A DNA stretch of 64,000 nucleotides from Eledone cirrhosa. Its lineage: Eukaryota. Position 1 is the stretch's first letter; each line of letters begins with the position of its first letter. A program made the position numbers and the translations under genes. Below, piece by piece: positions 45,204-59,693 of this stretch. The stretch lies in the NCBI GenBank assembly GCA_964016885.1, contig OZ024752.1, forward strand, positions 24,552,001 through 24,616,000. Reading direction: 5' to 3'. Under the pieces are notes generated by a model. It was not told where the DNA came from, did no database searches, and was given only the letters and a program-made list of their open reading frames with translations.

Positions 45204-45407
45204 ATTATTTCTGAAGATGGCATATGTATGTGTTGGTATGTATATTCTATTTGATAGTTTGTATAATTTTGTATAATTTTGTACATAGATCTGTTGAATA
45301 TGCATGCCAATTCTAACACATGTATGTCCTAGAAACGATCGTTAAATAATGAACTTTTTTTGTTTAATATAAGGAACTGTTTCATTGTTTTATTCATTAT
45401 TTTTTTA

Positions 45408-45448
<41 letters not shown>

Positions 45449-45689
45449 TAGCGAGGTTTTTTATATGAAATCCTGTGTCGAAACAGATATTGTTATACTT
45501 GGGGAGGGTCATATTTGCGTAATATTGCCAGAATTAATAACAGAACACACTCACTGTTTGGTTGGTTTTCGCTTCTCGCTGTCTTTGATATCTGCGATCT
45601 AACTTACTCGGTCCTCAATGTTGCCATTGACTGACCGACGGTCAAATATAATACAGATACAATATAGACACAAACACATATATATAGTT

Positions 45690-46113
45690 TACATAATTTA
45701 CATAAATCTTTGCATGCACATCTGCAACATCGTCAGTGGTGTTATATTCTTTGTTCCTCCTGTTGTGTTGTATGTCTACGCCATTTTTTTATTCAGTTTG
45801 TCTATATATTTATTTATTTATTTGCTTGTTTGTTTATCTTATTTTATTTTGTCTTCTTTGCGCATGCGTTTGCGTGTGTGTATAGTGTTATGTGTGTTGT
45901 GTGACTAGTGTGTATAGTGTTGTGTCTGCTGGGTGACTAGTGTGTGTTTATGTGCTTGTTGTTATTGTGCTTGTGTATGTATTTATTTATCTTTTTTTTT
46001 TTTATCTTATTTTATTGTATTAAGATAAATAAATACATACACAAGCACAATAACAACAAGCACATAAACAGACACTATCTTATTTTATTTTATTAAGATA
46101 AATAAATACATAC

Positions 46114-46118
<5 letters not shown>
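45690..46118 (-). mobile_element. Decayed 3' UTR relic related to the PLE at 57165-58617
   Basis: Shares CGCATGCGCAA, AAAATGGCGTAG, AACAAAGAA and CACTGA.GA in the same order; the HHR GAAA is mutated. Confidence 0.55.
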
Positions 46119-46178
<60 letters not shown>

Positions 46179-46427
46179 TATATATATATATCAGATATAT
46201 ATATATATATATCAGATATATATATATATATCAGATATATATATATATATTATATATATCTTATATATATATATATTATATATATCTTATATATATATAT
46301 ATATCTGATATATATATATATATATCTGATATATATATATATATGATATATATATATATATATATATGATATATATATATATATATATATGATATATATA
46401 TATATATATATCTGATATATATATATA

Positions 46428-46499
<72 letters not shown>

Positions 46500-46623
46500 T
46501 ATATATATATATATCTGATATATATATCTATCTATCTGATATATATAAATATATATATATATATCTTATATATATATATATATATATATATATCATATAT
46601 ATATATATATCTTATATATATAT

Positions 46624-46686
<63 letters not shown>

Positions 46687-46839
46687 GATATATATATATA
46701 TATATATATATACATATCTTATATATATATATATATATATATCTGATATATATATCTGATATATATATGTATGTATATATATATATCTGATATATATATA
46801 TATCTTATATATATATATATATATATAGGAACCAGTAAG

Positions 46840-46933
46840 ACCCCGACAGCTGAGCTCAAGCCGTTTCGACGGCTAATTCTGGACTAAATGAAAATGTATC
46901 CTGGTATTTAAATAGCCGATCTTCTCAAGGGGT
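46840..46933 (-). ncRNA. Hammerhead ribozyme, U3-A8 core variant
   Basis: ACCCC-TTGAGAA-GA(T)CGGCTA..TAGCCGTC-GAAA-CGGCT/AGCTG-TC-GGGGT. It lies at the end of a non-coding segment (46827-~47430). Confidence 0.72.
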
Positions 46934-47495
46934 AATTCCATATATGGTCAAAGTGATTGTCAAAAATCAGTAGTAATTCTGTGGTTGCAAATTAGTAGGG
47001 GAGATGGTGGCTAAACCAGCCAGTAGGAGAAAGAGGGGAGGGGGTGGAGTAGCTCCAATCAAGCGTTTGTAGTGCCAGCTACAGCTGGGCATGAGGTCAA
47101 AGAAGATACAAGGGAGGGGGAGGGGGAGGAAGTCGGAACGGTAGGTAGAACAATGGGGGTAGAAATATATAGGAAAGAGAGTGAAGGAAAGCAAATAAGT
47201 GTAAAGAAAAACAAATGAGTGTAAAGAAAAAAGTAAAGTAAATTAAATTCTACGACCTAGGTCTCTAGCTATTGTTAGTCTGGAATAAATAAATAAATAA
47301 ATAAAGAAAGAAGTAAAGAAAGAAATAAAGAAATAACGAAATAAGTAAAAGAACTAGGTGGGACGGTAAAGGCGAGGACCCTTTTAAGAGGTATAAGTAC
47401 GTAAATGATACGGTGACGTAAATGATACTAATTACACTGTCAAGGAGCAGCCTGGTCGTTATGACTCTGCTGGCTTAGAGCCACAGAGAGGGCCA

Positions 47496-50472
47496 GTGGA
47501 TGATGGATCAGCTGTCTCCGAGACAAATATAAAGAATGCAGTTTTGTCCTGCAGAAGAGCCATCAAAATGGGCACTTTGAATGTGAGGACTATTCGAACG
47601 CTGGAGAAGAGAGAGGAGTTGGGACATCTGTTCGAGGAGAGTGGTATACAGATACTTGCGATCCAAGAACACAGGATTCTACACGATGAGCCCGTGAGGA
47701 GTGTGATGATCGGGAGGAAGAGCCAGCTCATCACTACATCGGCAGTGAAGAACACAACAAATGCTGCAGTGGGAGGAGTGGGTTTTGTGTTCAGTGCAAA
47801 AACCAATCTGTTGGTGAGGGAAATAATGCCTATCTCCCCGCGAGTGTTGAGGGTGACCTTCAATGGAAACCCAAGACTGACAGTCATCTCAGCCTATAGT
47901 CCAACCGAGGGGGACAGTGATGTGAATGCGGAGGAGTTCCATGAGGAGGTGTGTAGAGCTGTCAACACCACTCAGGCACACAATATCCTGCTTGTTTTGG
48001 GGGACTTCAATGCACATCTGAGTAAGGAGGGCAGTGAAGATCCTTGCTGGTACTTCCATAACAACACCAACCGAAATGGAAGACTACTGAGAGTCGAACT
48101 TGATGGCGACCAACCTAAGGTTTAGGAAGAATCTGGGGAAGATGTGGACCTACATCTCAGATATGCACCTGTCCAAGTCCCAGATTGATTTCATTCTGGT
48201 GAGGAAAAAGTGGCGGAATAGTGTTCTGAACACGGAACCATACAGCTATTTCAGTACACTGGGTAGTGACCACCGGCTTGTTATGAGTGAGGTCCGCGTG
48301 AGCTTAAGAAAGAGCAAGGCTCAGCCCCGGTGAACAATCTATGACTGGGGAGCTTTCAAGGAAGTTGATAAGCTACAGGAGAGGTTCACAGTGGAAGTGA
48401 GAAACAGGTTTAGTGCTCTGTGTGGAGAGTCAGAGGAGAGAGAGATTGGATGGACTGAGGAGAGTGTGACGAGGAGGTACGGGCACTTCACCAATGCAGT
48501 GGCGAAAGCAAGTGAAACCCTGGTGCCGAGGAAAAAGAACAAAGGGAAGCGCGTCAGCTCTGCAAACCCAAAAGTGTGTGCAGCCAGAGAACACCTGAAA
48601 GCTGCCAGGGACCAATTCTATGCTGATCCTACGGAGGAGAGGATGGAGACTGTGGAGGTGATGAGGGAAGAGCTCTGTACCGCTTACACTGAGGTCAGAG
48701 AGGAGGCACTGATAGAGAAGATCAGAAGTGTGGAGAGAGCGGTTGACAGATCTGGATGTAAGGAGAGCTGGATGATCATCAACGAGATCACAGGGAGGAA
48801 GAAAAGGTGTTCGAGTCAGATCCAGGGAACGGGGCCCGAGGATAGGAAGAGGAAATGGCTAGACCATTTTAGGACCCTACTAGGAGAGCCACCCTCCACA
48901 GCCCAGAGCACTGGGGAGATTAGGCGGCTGTTTGAGGAACTGGATGTTGAGACAGAGTCCTTCACCAGAGAGGAGCTTCAGAGAGCCAAGAAGAAGATCA
49001 AGGAGGGCAAGGCTCATGGAGAAGATGGAGTGGCATCAGAGGTGATGAAGAGGTGTGATTTTGATGATATCATCCTGTGGTTCTGTAACGGGGCACTGGA
49101 GTAAGGAGTTGCCCCGAATCAGTGGAGGATCAGTAACATCGTCCCAGTGCCAAAGAAGGGAGATCTCTCTAACACCAACAACTACCGGGGGATCTCACTG
49201 ACGTCACTTGTGGCAAAGAACCTCAACAGGATGATTCTTAACAGGATCAAGCCTGAGATGGAGAAGAAGCTCAGGGACAACCAGAACGGCTTCATAGAGG
49301 GTAGATCAACCACCAATCACATCCTGATGCTGAGGAGGATATTAGAGGGAGCTAGAGCAAAGTGCCTTCCTGCGGTCATGGTTTTCATTGACTTTAGGAA
49401 GGCCTTTGATTCTGTGGACCGTTACTGCCTGATGAAGATCTTACAGGCTTATGGAATCCCCAAGAGGATAGTGGACCTGATATCACTGCTCTACACCAAC
49501 ACCAAAGCCCAAGTCATTACACCTGATGGGATGACAGAGTTCTTTGAGATACTGGCTGGAGTGCTCCAGGGAGATACATTGGCTCCCTACCTTTTTATCA
49601 TCGTAGTGGACTATTGTATGCGCCATGCACTGGAGAAACACCAGGACTCTGGCTTTACTGTAGTACCGGCTCAGAGCAGGAGAGTTGGGGCGAAAAAGGT
49701 ATCGGATGCTGAATTTGCCGACGACATAGTTTTGGTGACAAATACAGTGAAGGAGGCAGAGGATTTGATGCGGGAGGTTGAGACTGTGTCGATGAGTGTG
49801 GGGCTGAGAATGAATGAGACTAAAACAAAATATCTGGTAGAGAATGTTGAGAAGCCAGAGGGGATCACTAATGTAGGCGGGAAGCCGCTGGAATTGGTTG
49901 AGGACTTCCTGTATTTGGGAGCAAAGATTGGGAATACGGAAGATGATGTGGTTGAGAGGAAGAGCAAGGCCTGGGCGGCGTGTCACAGCTTGAGATCGGT
50001 GTGGAAGTCGGACCTTCGTAGAGACCTGAAAATCCGCCTCTTCATTGCTGTAGTGGAGTCTGTGCTGCTGTATGGGTCTGAGACTTGGACACTGACCAAG
50101 AGACTCACTCAGATGGTGGATGGGTGCTACACGAGAATGCTGAGGATGGCTCTGAACATTAATCAGTATACACTGAGGATGAAAAACTCAGAGCTGTATG
50201 GGAGCATCCCAAAAGTCAGCTCAAAAGTGACACAGAGAAGACTGAGGTTGGCTGGACATGCTCACCGACATCCAGAGTTGACATTGCACTCAGTGCTCCT
50301 TTGGGAGCCCCTACATGGACACACTAGAAGAGGAAGACCAAGGTTAACATATGTTGATGCCCTAAGGACAGACACTGGTCTGTTGGAGATGCAGGATATG
50401 GCAGCGATAATGAGGGACAGAGACCGCTGGAGAGAACTCGTCCATGGATCTCGGGAATTTTACCCGCCTTAG
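47496..50472 (+). pseudogene. RTE-clade LINE APE endonuclease-RT ORF, disrupted
   Basis: APE motifs GTLNVRT, LAIQE, SAYSPT, LGDFNA, QIDFIL, SDH. RT motifs PKKGD, NYRGISL, QNGF, FIDFRKAFDSV, GVLQGD, FADD, YLG. C-terminal RLRLAGH..GRP. Frameshift at ~48100, stops at 48331 and 49102, TAGA-like tail. Confidence 0.9.
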
Positions 50473-50493
50473 ACAGATAGATATATATGTTTA

Positions 50494-50530
<37 letters not shown>

Positions 50531-50556
50531 TATATATATATATATATATATATCTG

Positions 50557-50658
<102 letters not shown>

Positions 50659-50755
50659 CTTATATATATATATATATATCTTATATATATATATATATAT
50701 ATTGTATATATCTTATATATATATATTTTATATATATCTTATATATATATATATA

Positions 50756-50791
<36 letters not shown>

Positions 50792-51184
50792 TATATATAT
50801 ATATATCTGATATATATATATATATATCTGATATATATAAAAATATATATATATATCTTATATATATATATATATATATCTTATGTATATATATATCTGA
50901 TATATATATATATATATCTGATATATATAAAAATATATATATATATCTTATATATATATATATATATATATATCTTATATATATATATATATCTTATATA
51001 TATATATATATATATCTTATATATATATATATATATCTGATATATATCTGATATATATATATATATATATTTGATATATATATCTGATATATATATATCT
51101 GATATATATATGTATATATATATATATGATATATATATATATATATATATGTTATATATATATATATATGTTTATATATATATA

Positions 51185-51253
<69 letters not shown>

Positions 51254-51330
51254 TTATATGTTTATATATATATATATATATCTGATATATATATATATAT
51301 ATATCTGATATATATATATATATATATGTT

Positions 51331-51366
<36 letters not shown>

Positions 51367-51463
51367 AATCTGATATTTATATATATATATATGTTTATAT
51401 ATATCTGATATATATATATCTGATATATATATATCTGATATATATATATCTGATATATATATA

Positions 51464-51520
<57 letters not shown>

Positions 51521-51569
51521 TATATATATATCTTATATATATATATATATGTTTATATATATATATCTG

Positions 51570-51605
<36 letters not shown>

Positions 51606-51669
51606 CTGATATATATATATATATGTTTATATATATATATCTGATATATATATATATATATATATATGT

Positions 51670-51709
<40 letters not shown>

Positions 51710-51812
51710 ATGTTATATATATATATATGTGTTTATATATATATATCTGATATATATATATATATGTTTATATATATATATATATATGTTTATATAAATA
51801 TATATATATATT

Positions 51813-51846
<34 letters not shown>

Positions 51847-51851
51847 TATAT

Positions 51852-51895
<44 letters not shown>

Positions 51896-51967
51896 GATAT
51901 ATCTGATATATATATATAGATATATAGATAGATATATTATAGATATAATATATATATATATATATAT

Positions 51968-52003
<36 letters not shown>

Positions 52004-52080
52004 ATATATCTTATATATATATATATTATATATATCTTATATATATATATATATATATCTGATATATATATATATATATA

Positions 52081-52142
<62 letters not shown>

Positions 52143-52337
52143 CTTATATATATATATATATCTTATATATATATATATCTGATATATATATATCTGATAT
52201 ATATAAATATATATATATATATATATCATATATATATATATATATCTGATATATATATATATGTATATATAGTAAGAGAGATCCTTATATGTATATATAT
52301 AGAGAGATCATTATATGTATATATATAGAGAGAGATC

Positions 52338-52376
<39 letters not shown>

Positions 52377-52395
52377 TATATATATATATATATAT

Positions 52396-52445
<50 letters not shown>

Positions 52446-52449
<4 letters not shown>

Positions 52450-54103
52450 CAGTAAGGGCCACTAGAAGAGGTAAATATTTATATTATATTTTTTAATGTA
52501 TTTTGAAAAATTGATTGAATTTTACTTGTTCTGCTTTTCTTAATATTAAAGTTCTGGTGTATCAAATTAACACCATTGAACAACCCTGAACCATAGACAA
52601 CCTATGTATTTCTAGGGGTACCTAGTATCCCTGGACATATTAACTTATACCTTTTTCTCCGTCCGTTGAGAACAAATCTGTTGCTTTACTAGGCTGCTAT
52701 TTCTTTAGTAGTAATTGTAGACAGCAAGTCTTTGATTTTCCCGCTTTTACTTCGGTCCAGTTTACATACGGGTCACTTTTACGACCTTTCAGACCTTTAT
52801 TAGCTGGCAGGAGGTTGTATATTTTGTCGTTCCTGGGACGTTTAGCCCTAGGATGGGAAAATGCTTCTCTGATGAGCTTTGGTTTTCCATCATGAATCCA
52901 TCGGATTTATGAGGTTTTACAAAGCGAAACTGATCAGTAAGGGCCACTAGAAGAGGTAAATATTTATATTATATTTTTTAATGTATTTTGAAAAATTGAT
53001 TGAATTTTACTTGTTCTGCTTATCTTAATATTAAAGTTCTGGTGTATCAAATTAACACCATTGAACAACCCTGAATCATAGACAACCTATGTATTTCTAG
53101 GGGTACCTAGTATCCCTGGACATATTAACTTATACCTTTTTCTCCGTCCGTTGAGAACAAATCTGTTGCTTTACTAGGCTGCTATTTCTTTAGTAGTAAT
53201 TGTAGACAGCAAGTCTTTGATTTTCCCGCTTTTACTTCGGTCCAGTTTACATACGGGTCACTTTTACGACCTTTCAGACCTTTATTAGCTGGCAGGAGGT
53301 TGTATATTTTGTCGTTCCTGGGACGTTTAGCCCTAGGATGGGAAAATGCTTCTCTGATGAGCTTTGGTTTTCCATCATGAATCCATCGGATTTATGAGGT
53401 TTTACAAAGCGAAACTGATCAGTAAGGGCCACTAGAAGAGGTAAATATTTATATTATATTTTTTAATGTATTTTGAAAAATTGATTGAATTTTACTTGTT
53501 CTGCTTATCTTAATATTAAAGTTCTGGTGTATCAAATTAACACCATTGAACAACCCTGAATCATAGACAACCTATGTATTTCTAGGGGTACCTAGTATCC
53601 CTGGACATATTAACTTATACCTTTTTCTCCGTCCGTTGAGAACAAATCTGTTGCTTTACTAGGCTGCTATTTCTTTAGTAGTAATTGTAGACAGCAAGTC
53701 TTTGATTTTCCCGCTTTTACTTCGGTCCAGTTTACATACGGGTCACTTTTACGACCTTTCAGACCTTTATTAGCTGGCAGGAGGTTGTATATTTTGTCGT
53801 TCCTGGGACGTTTAGCCCTAGGATGGGAAAATACTTCTCTGATGAGCTTTGGTTTTCCATCATGAATCCATCGGATTTATGAGGTTTTACAAAGCGAAAC
53901 TGATCAGTAAGGGCCACTAGAAGAGGTAAATATTTATATTATATTTTTTAATGTATTTTGAAAAATTGATCGAATTTTACTTGTTCTGCTTATCTTAATA
54001 TTAAAGTTCTGGTGTATCAAATTAACACCATTGAACAACCCTGAATCATAGAAAACCTATGTATTTCTAGGGGTACCTAGTATCCCTGGACATATTAACT
54101 TAT
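52446..54103 (+). repeat. 485-bp tandem array (3.4 units), one hammerhead per unit
   Basis: Units start at 52446, 52931, 53416 and 53901 and are nearly identical. HHR cores at 52869, 53354 and 53839. Confidence 0.93.
52863..52944 (+). ncRNA. Type I hammerhead ribozyme of the 485-bp unit (also +485 and +970)
   Basis: GCTTCT-CTGATGA-GCTTTG..(TCATGAATCC/GGATTTATGA)..CAAAGC-GAAA-CTGATCAG-TA-AGGGC. Stem I is weak (G-U rich). Confidence 0.82.
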
Positions 54104-54614
54104 ATATATATATATATATATATATATTTCTTATATATATATATATATACATATCTTATATATATATATGTATATATATATATATGTTTATATATATATA
54201 TATATGTTTATATATATATATATATGTTTATATATATATATATATATGTTTATATATATATATCTGATATATATATATATATGTTTATATATATGTGATA
54301 TATATGTATGTGTGTGTTTATATATATATATATATCCTATATATATGTTTATATATATATATCTGATATATAATTATATATATGTTTATATATATCTTAT
54401 ATATATATATGTTTATATATATATATCTGATATATATATAAATATATGTTTATATATATATATATATATATATATGTGTTTATATATATATATCTTATAT
54501 ATATATATATGTTTATATATATATATATGTTTATATATATATATCTGATATATATATATATGTTTATATATATATATCTGATATATATATATCTATGTTT
54601 ATATATATATATCT

Positions 54615-54686
<72 letters not shown>

Positions 54687-55162
54687 GATATATATATATA
54701 TATATATATATATCTGATATATATATATCTATATATATATATCTGTGATATATATATATATATCTGATATATATATATATATATATCTGATATATATATA
54801 TATATATCTGATATATATATATATATATCTGATATATATATCTGATATATATATATATCTTATATATATATATATATATATATCTTATATATATATATAT
54901 ATATATCTTATATATATATATATATATCTTATATATATATATATCTGATATATATATATATATATATCTTATATATATATATATCTGATATATATATATA
55001 TATATCTTATATATATATATATATATCTGATATATATATATATATATCTGATATATATATATATATATCTGATATATATATATCTGATATATATATATAT
55101 ATATATATATCTGATATATATATATGTTTATATATATATATCTGATATATATATAAATATAT

Positions 55163-55209
<47 letters not shown>

Positions 55210-55361
55210 TTTATATATATATACCTTATATATATATATATATGTTTATATATATATCTTATATATATATATATATGTTTATATATATATATCTGATATA
55301 TATATATATCTTATATATATATATATATATCTGATATATATATATATATCTGATATATATA

Positions 55362-55404
<43 letters not shown>

Positions 55405-55475
55405 TATATATATATATATATATCTTATATATATATATATATCTTATATATATATATATCTGATATATATATATA

Positions 55476-55553
<78 letters not shown>

Positions 55554-55635
55554 TATATATATATATATATACATCTGATATATATATATATATACGATAT
55601 TAAACAAATGGAAACTACATTTATAAAACCATATT

Positions 55636-55701
55636 TATTTCATTATATATATTTCAGGGATATCATATTAAAAATATGGTATGCCCTCTTCAGACAAAAT
55701 A
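55636..55701 (-). ncRNA. Type I hammerhead ribozyme in an orphan pLTR-like segment
   Basis: TATTTTGT-CTGAAGA-GGG..CATATT/AATATG..CCCT-GAAA-TATATA-TA-ATGAAATA. Confidence 0.72.
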
Positions 55702-56007
55702 CAATATATAAACAGTTTTATAAATAAATTTGACATACCTTAAAACTTTACAATTTCCATTTAAAAAGTTGTTTTGGTAGTGAAAATGTTAAGGACAGTT
55801 AGAAAGAAAGACGAAGAGAAAAAAGAAAGAAAGTGTATAGTGCTAAGGACAGTTAGAGAGGAAGGCGAAGAAAATGAAGAAATGTATGTAAAGAAAAAAA
55901 CAACAGAGCGAGATAGAGAGAGAGAGAGAGATGGGAGAGAGAAATATTGAGGAGGTGAAAAATGAATAACGTACAAATGAGAGATTTAGGAGGGAAGGGG
56001 GTACTGT

Positions 56008-56044
<37 letters not shown>

Positions 56045-57164
56045 GTTATAGTGTTAAGGATACGGAGAGAAATAAAAATAAAAATAAAAATAAATAAAGA
56101 GAGGTAGAAAGAGATATAGGTGGTGGGAGAAAAGAGGTAGATCGAGTAATATCTATTATACGAGGTGGGAGAGATATGGGAGGGGTGAGATACAGGAGGT
56201 AGAGTTAAATCGGCCGATACATAAGTCCCGTCAAGTTTAGAGGGAGGAGGAGAAGAGATATATTCAGAAATAAAGATGATAGTTTTAAAATATTATGTTT
56301 CATCAGTCTATCAATTCTTATGAATTAGGTATTATAATGTAAATATCAATATTCATGAATGAGACACATATCAATAATGTGTGAAAAAATAATGACTATA
56401 TGTTTAGTTTAAAAATTCTTAGGTTTATAATCAAAATCTGAGATAAAACATCAAAAAAATACTGAAATACATAAGTATATATGTATTTTCATGAAAAAAG
56501 AAAAAGAAAAAAGAGAAAGAAAAAGAGAAGGTTATCTCAAATTCAAGTTGACATTATAGACACACATGTGAGTTTACGTGATCAGCTCTGTAAATTTTTA
56601 TTTCACATGAAAATCTTCATTGCGTTACAAAAGATTCTACCATACATATATGTACGTACATATATATATACATAAAATATACATTATTAATAATAATATT
56701 CTTGCCCTCTCTTACATGATTATCGTTCAAGCATAGAATAGACAACAGATATCAATATATTAAAAACGCCAAGAATATTTCACTCCCCAGAGTATCTAGG
56801 GCCGTAAGAAAACACAGTGTGCCCCGCATATCAACCACAGAAATCAACCCTTCCAATTTATTTGACAATATATTGCCAAGTTCATTAGAAGCAATCAGAA
56901 TCAAAAGCAAACAAAACCAAAATTATTCAACAAACTTATTTAGCAGTAATCATTCAAAAAAAAAATTTAGGATACCCGGTTGTTCTACAGATGCTCTTAT
57001 ATTTATTATAGAAGTTTATCTAGCTTAAAAATGTTATTCAATAGATTGTGAGCATCACTATTTTAAGGTAGTTTAATTACATCATTAATTATATACTCAT
57101 GAAGAAGGTTTAAAAAATTGAAGGAATCGAAAGATTTATCGCCAAGTTTCATAAATAATTAATT

Positions 57165-58617
57165 TTTGGAAAGCATCCAGCAAATAGCAAACTCCATCCA
57201 CCAGAGCATTAGAGTTACTATAGACTACCCAAGTAGACACCCCAACCATCGATTACCTGTACTAGACACAGAGCTCTGGTTAGATACCATTAACAACCAA
57301 AAACAAATCCTCCATTCCCATTATGCCAAACCCATGACTTCCAAACATCTGATCCACCGAAACTCGGCCATTTCGGACCATACCAAAATCAACATACTGA
57401 TTGCGGATTTGGTACGGGTGATGAGAAATGAGTCCCGCATGTGCAATCCCGAAGAACTAGAGAGACACATACAACACTTCATCCACCGTATGCAGTTCTC
57501 TGGCTACAATCAGAGAGATAGAATCAGAGTGTATAGAGGAGCCAGAACCAAATGGGAAAAAATGGTATATAATGACATAAATGGGACCTGCCCCTTGTAT
57601 AGGAGCAAAATTTGGAATAGAATAGAAAGAACTAGGAACAAGGCCAATAGAATAAACTCATGGTATGATAGCAATAAATACCAGAGTGTAATGTTCATCA
57701 ATACAACCCCTAGAGGCGAACTAGCCTACAAATTTAGAAGGGCCCTAAATAAACATAAACTCAATATTAAGATAGTAGAAAGATCAGGTACCTCCGTAAA
57801 AACACTTATTAGCAAGACATACCCGTTCCAAAGACCCTCATGTATAGATAAGAAATGTATAACCTGTAAAATAAGCCCCCATATTAACTGTAAAACTAGA
57901 AATGTATAGTATAGCATAAGTTGTACTGAAGGACAATGTAGAAACAAAAATATCGTGTACATAGGTGAGACAGCTCGTAGTATAGGGGAACGGATAAATG
58001 AACACTGGCGAGACCTTCAAGATAATAAAGAATCATCTGTACTCTACCAACATGCTAAGATAGAACACAAGGGTAAATTAGAGAACATAGAAATAAAAAT
58101 AGAATCTACACACAGAAAAGATGCAATGTTTAGACAAATTACAGAGGCAGTAAACATAAAAGAATTACAACCAAAATTAAATAGAAAATATGAGTGGAAC
58201 AGCAACATCACAACTTACAATTAAGGACAAAATGAAAACACACACACACATAGAACAAACAACCAACCAACAACATGTAAATAAATAAACAAATAGATAA
58301 ATGAACACAAACACACACAGACACCCGGATGTGGCGCATGCGCAAACTGAGCACACAACACACACACAGAAACAAAATGGCGTAGGACAGAAGAAAGGAA
58401 AGGCACAGAAACAAAGAAAGGAATCCCAAGTCACTGAAGAGGTCACAGAGTGTGTGACGAAAGGACTATGACTATATATAAACAAGTATCTGGTTGTGGA
58501 ACCAACCAACCAACCAGAAATTTATAAATTTGTAGATTTGTAAATTTATAAATTTATAAATATATAATAAATTGAAGTGAAAGCAACTGGTGCGTGTGTT
58601 TCTTATTGGCAACATGA
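57165..58617 (+). mobile_element. 5'-truncated Penelope-like element of a second type (Nematis-like)
   Basis: DYPS..LPVLDTELW, YAKPM, SA..K, SGY, ERSG, CxxxxCxxC, then YIGETARSIGERINEH..RQITEA..LN. In-frame TAG at 57907-57909. HHR in the 3' UTR. The clade label comes from motif recall only. Confidence 0.8.
58429..58473 (+). ncRNA. Minimal type I hammerhead ribozyme
   Basis: AGTCA-CTGAAGA-GGTCAC..GTGAC-GAAA-GGAC-TA-TGACT. Confidence 0.8.
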
Positions 58618-58712
58618 CCCCCCCAAAGTATAACAATATATATATATATATATATATGTTTATATATATATGTATATATATATGTTTATATATATATGTA
58701 TATATATATGTT

Positions 58713-58768
<56 letters not shown>

Positions 58769-59067
58769 TATTTATATATATATATATGTTTATTTATATA
58801 TATATATATATGTTTATTTATATATATATATATGTTTATTTATATATATATATATATATTTATTTATATCTATATATATATATATTTATTTATATATATA
58901 TATATGTTTATTTATATATATATTTATATATGTTTATTTATATATATATATATATGTTTATTTATATATATATATATATGTGTTTATATATATATATATA
59001 TATGTTTATATATATATATATATGTTTATATATATATATATATATATGTTTATATATATATATATAT

Positions 59068-59126
<59 letters not shown>

Positions 59127-59434
59127 TATATATATATATATGTTTATATATATATATATATATGTTTATATATATATATATATGTTTATATATATATATA
59201 TGTTTATATATATATATATATATATGTTTATATATATATATATATGTTTATATATATATATATATATATATTTATAAATACAAATATAAATTAGCGAGAA
59301 TCGTTTTCAGCTCAGGAATTAACGAAAATCAACGTCCGATATATATATTTATATATATATATATGTTTATATATATATATATATGTTTATATATATATAT
59401 ATATATATGTTTATATATATATATATATATATAT

Positions 59435-59526
<92 letters not shown>

Positions 59527-59558
59527 TATATATATATATATACTTATATATATATGTT

Positions 59559-59693
<135 letters not shown>

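Larger units (their letters stand above)
38757..45416 (+). mobile_element. Naiad family B copy B4, full length, pLTR-ORF-pLTR
   Basis: Direct pLTRs at 38757-40010 and ~44130-45416, 5' UTR from 40011, ATG at 40162, (TA)n on both sides. Confidence 0.9.

Noticed and set aside
48331-48333. In-frame TGA in the LINE as programmed readthrough
   Set aside because: The same copy also has a frameshift and a TAA; ordinary decay (e.g. CGA>TGA) is simpler.
52261-52345. Three ~28-bp AGAGAGATCCTTATATG repeats before the HHR array
   Set aside because: Small minisatellite with no similarity to the array unit; no support for a function.
52446-54103. CRISPR array or rDNA/snRNA repeat
   Set aside because: Units are identical with no spacers, no cas genes are present, and no 5S/U-snRNA sequence was recognised.
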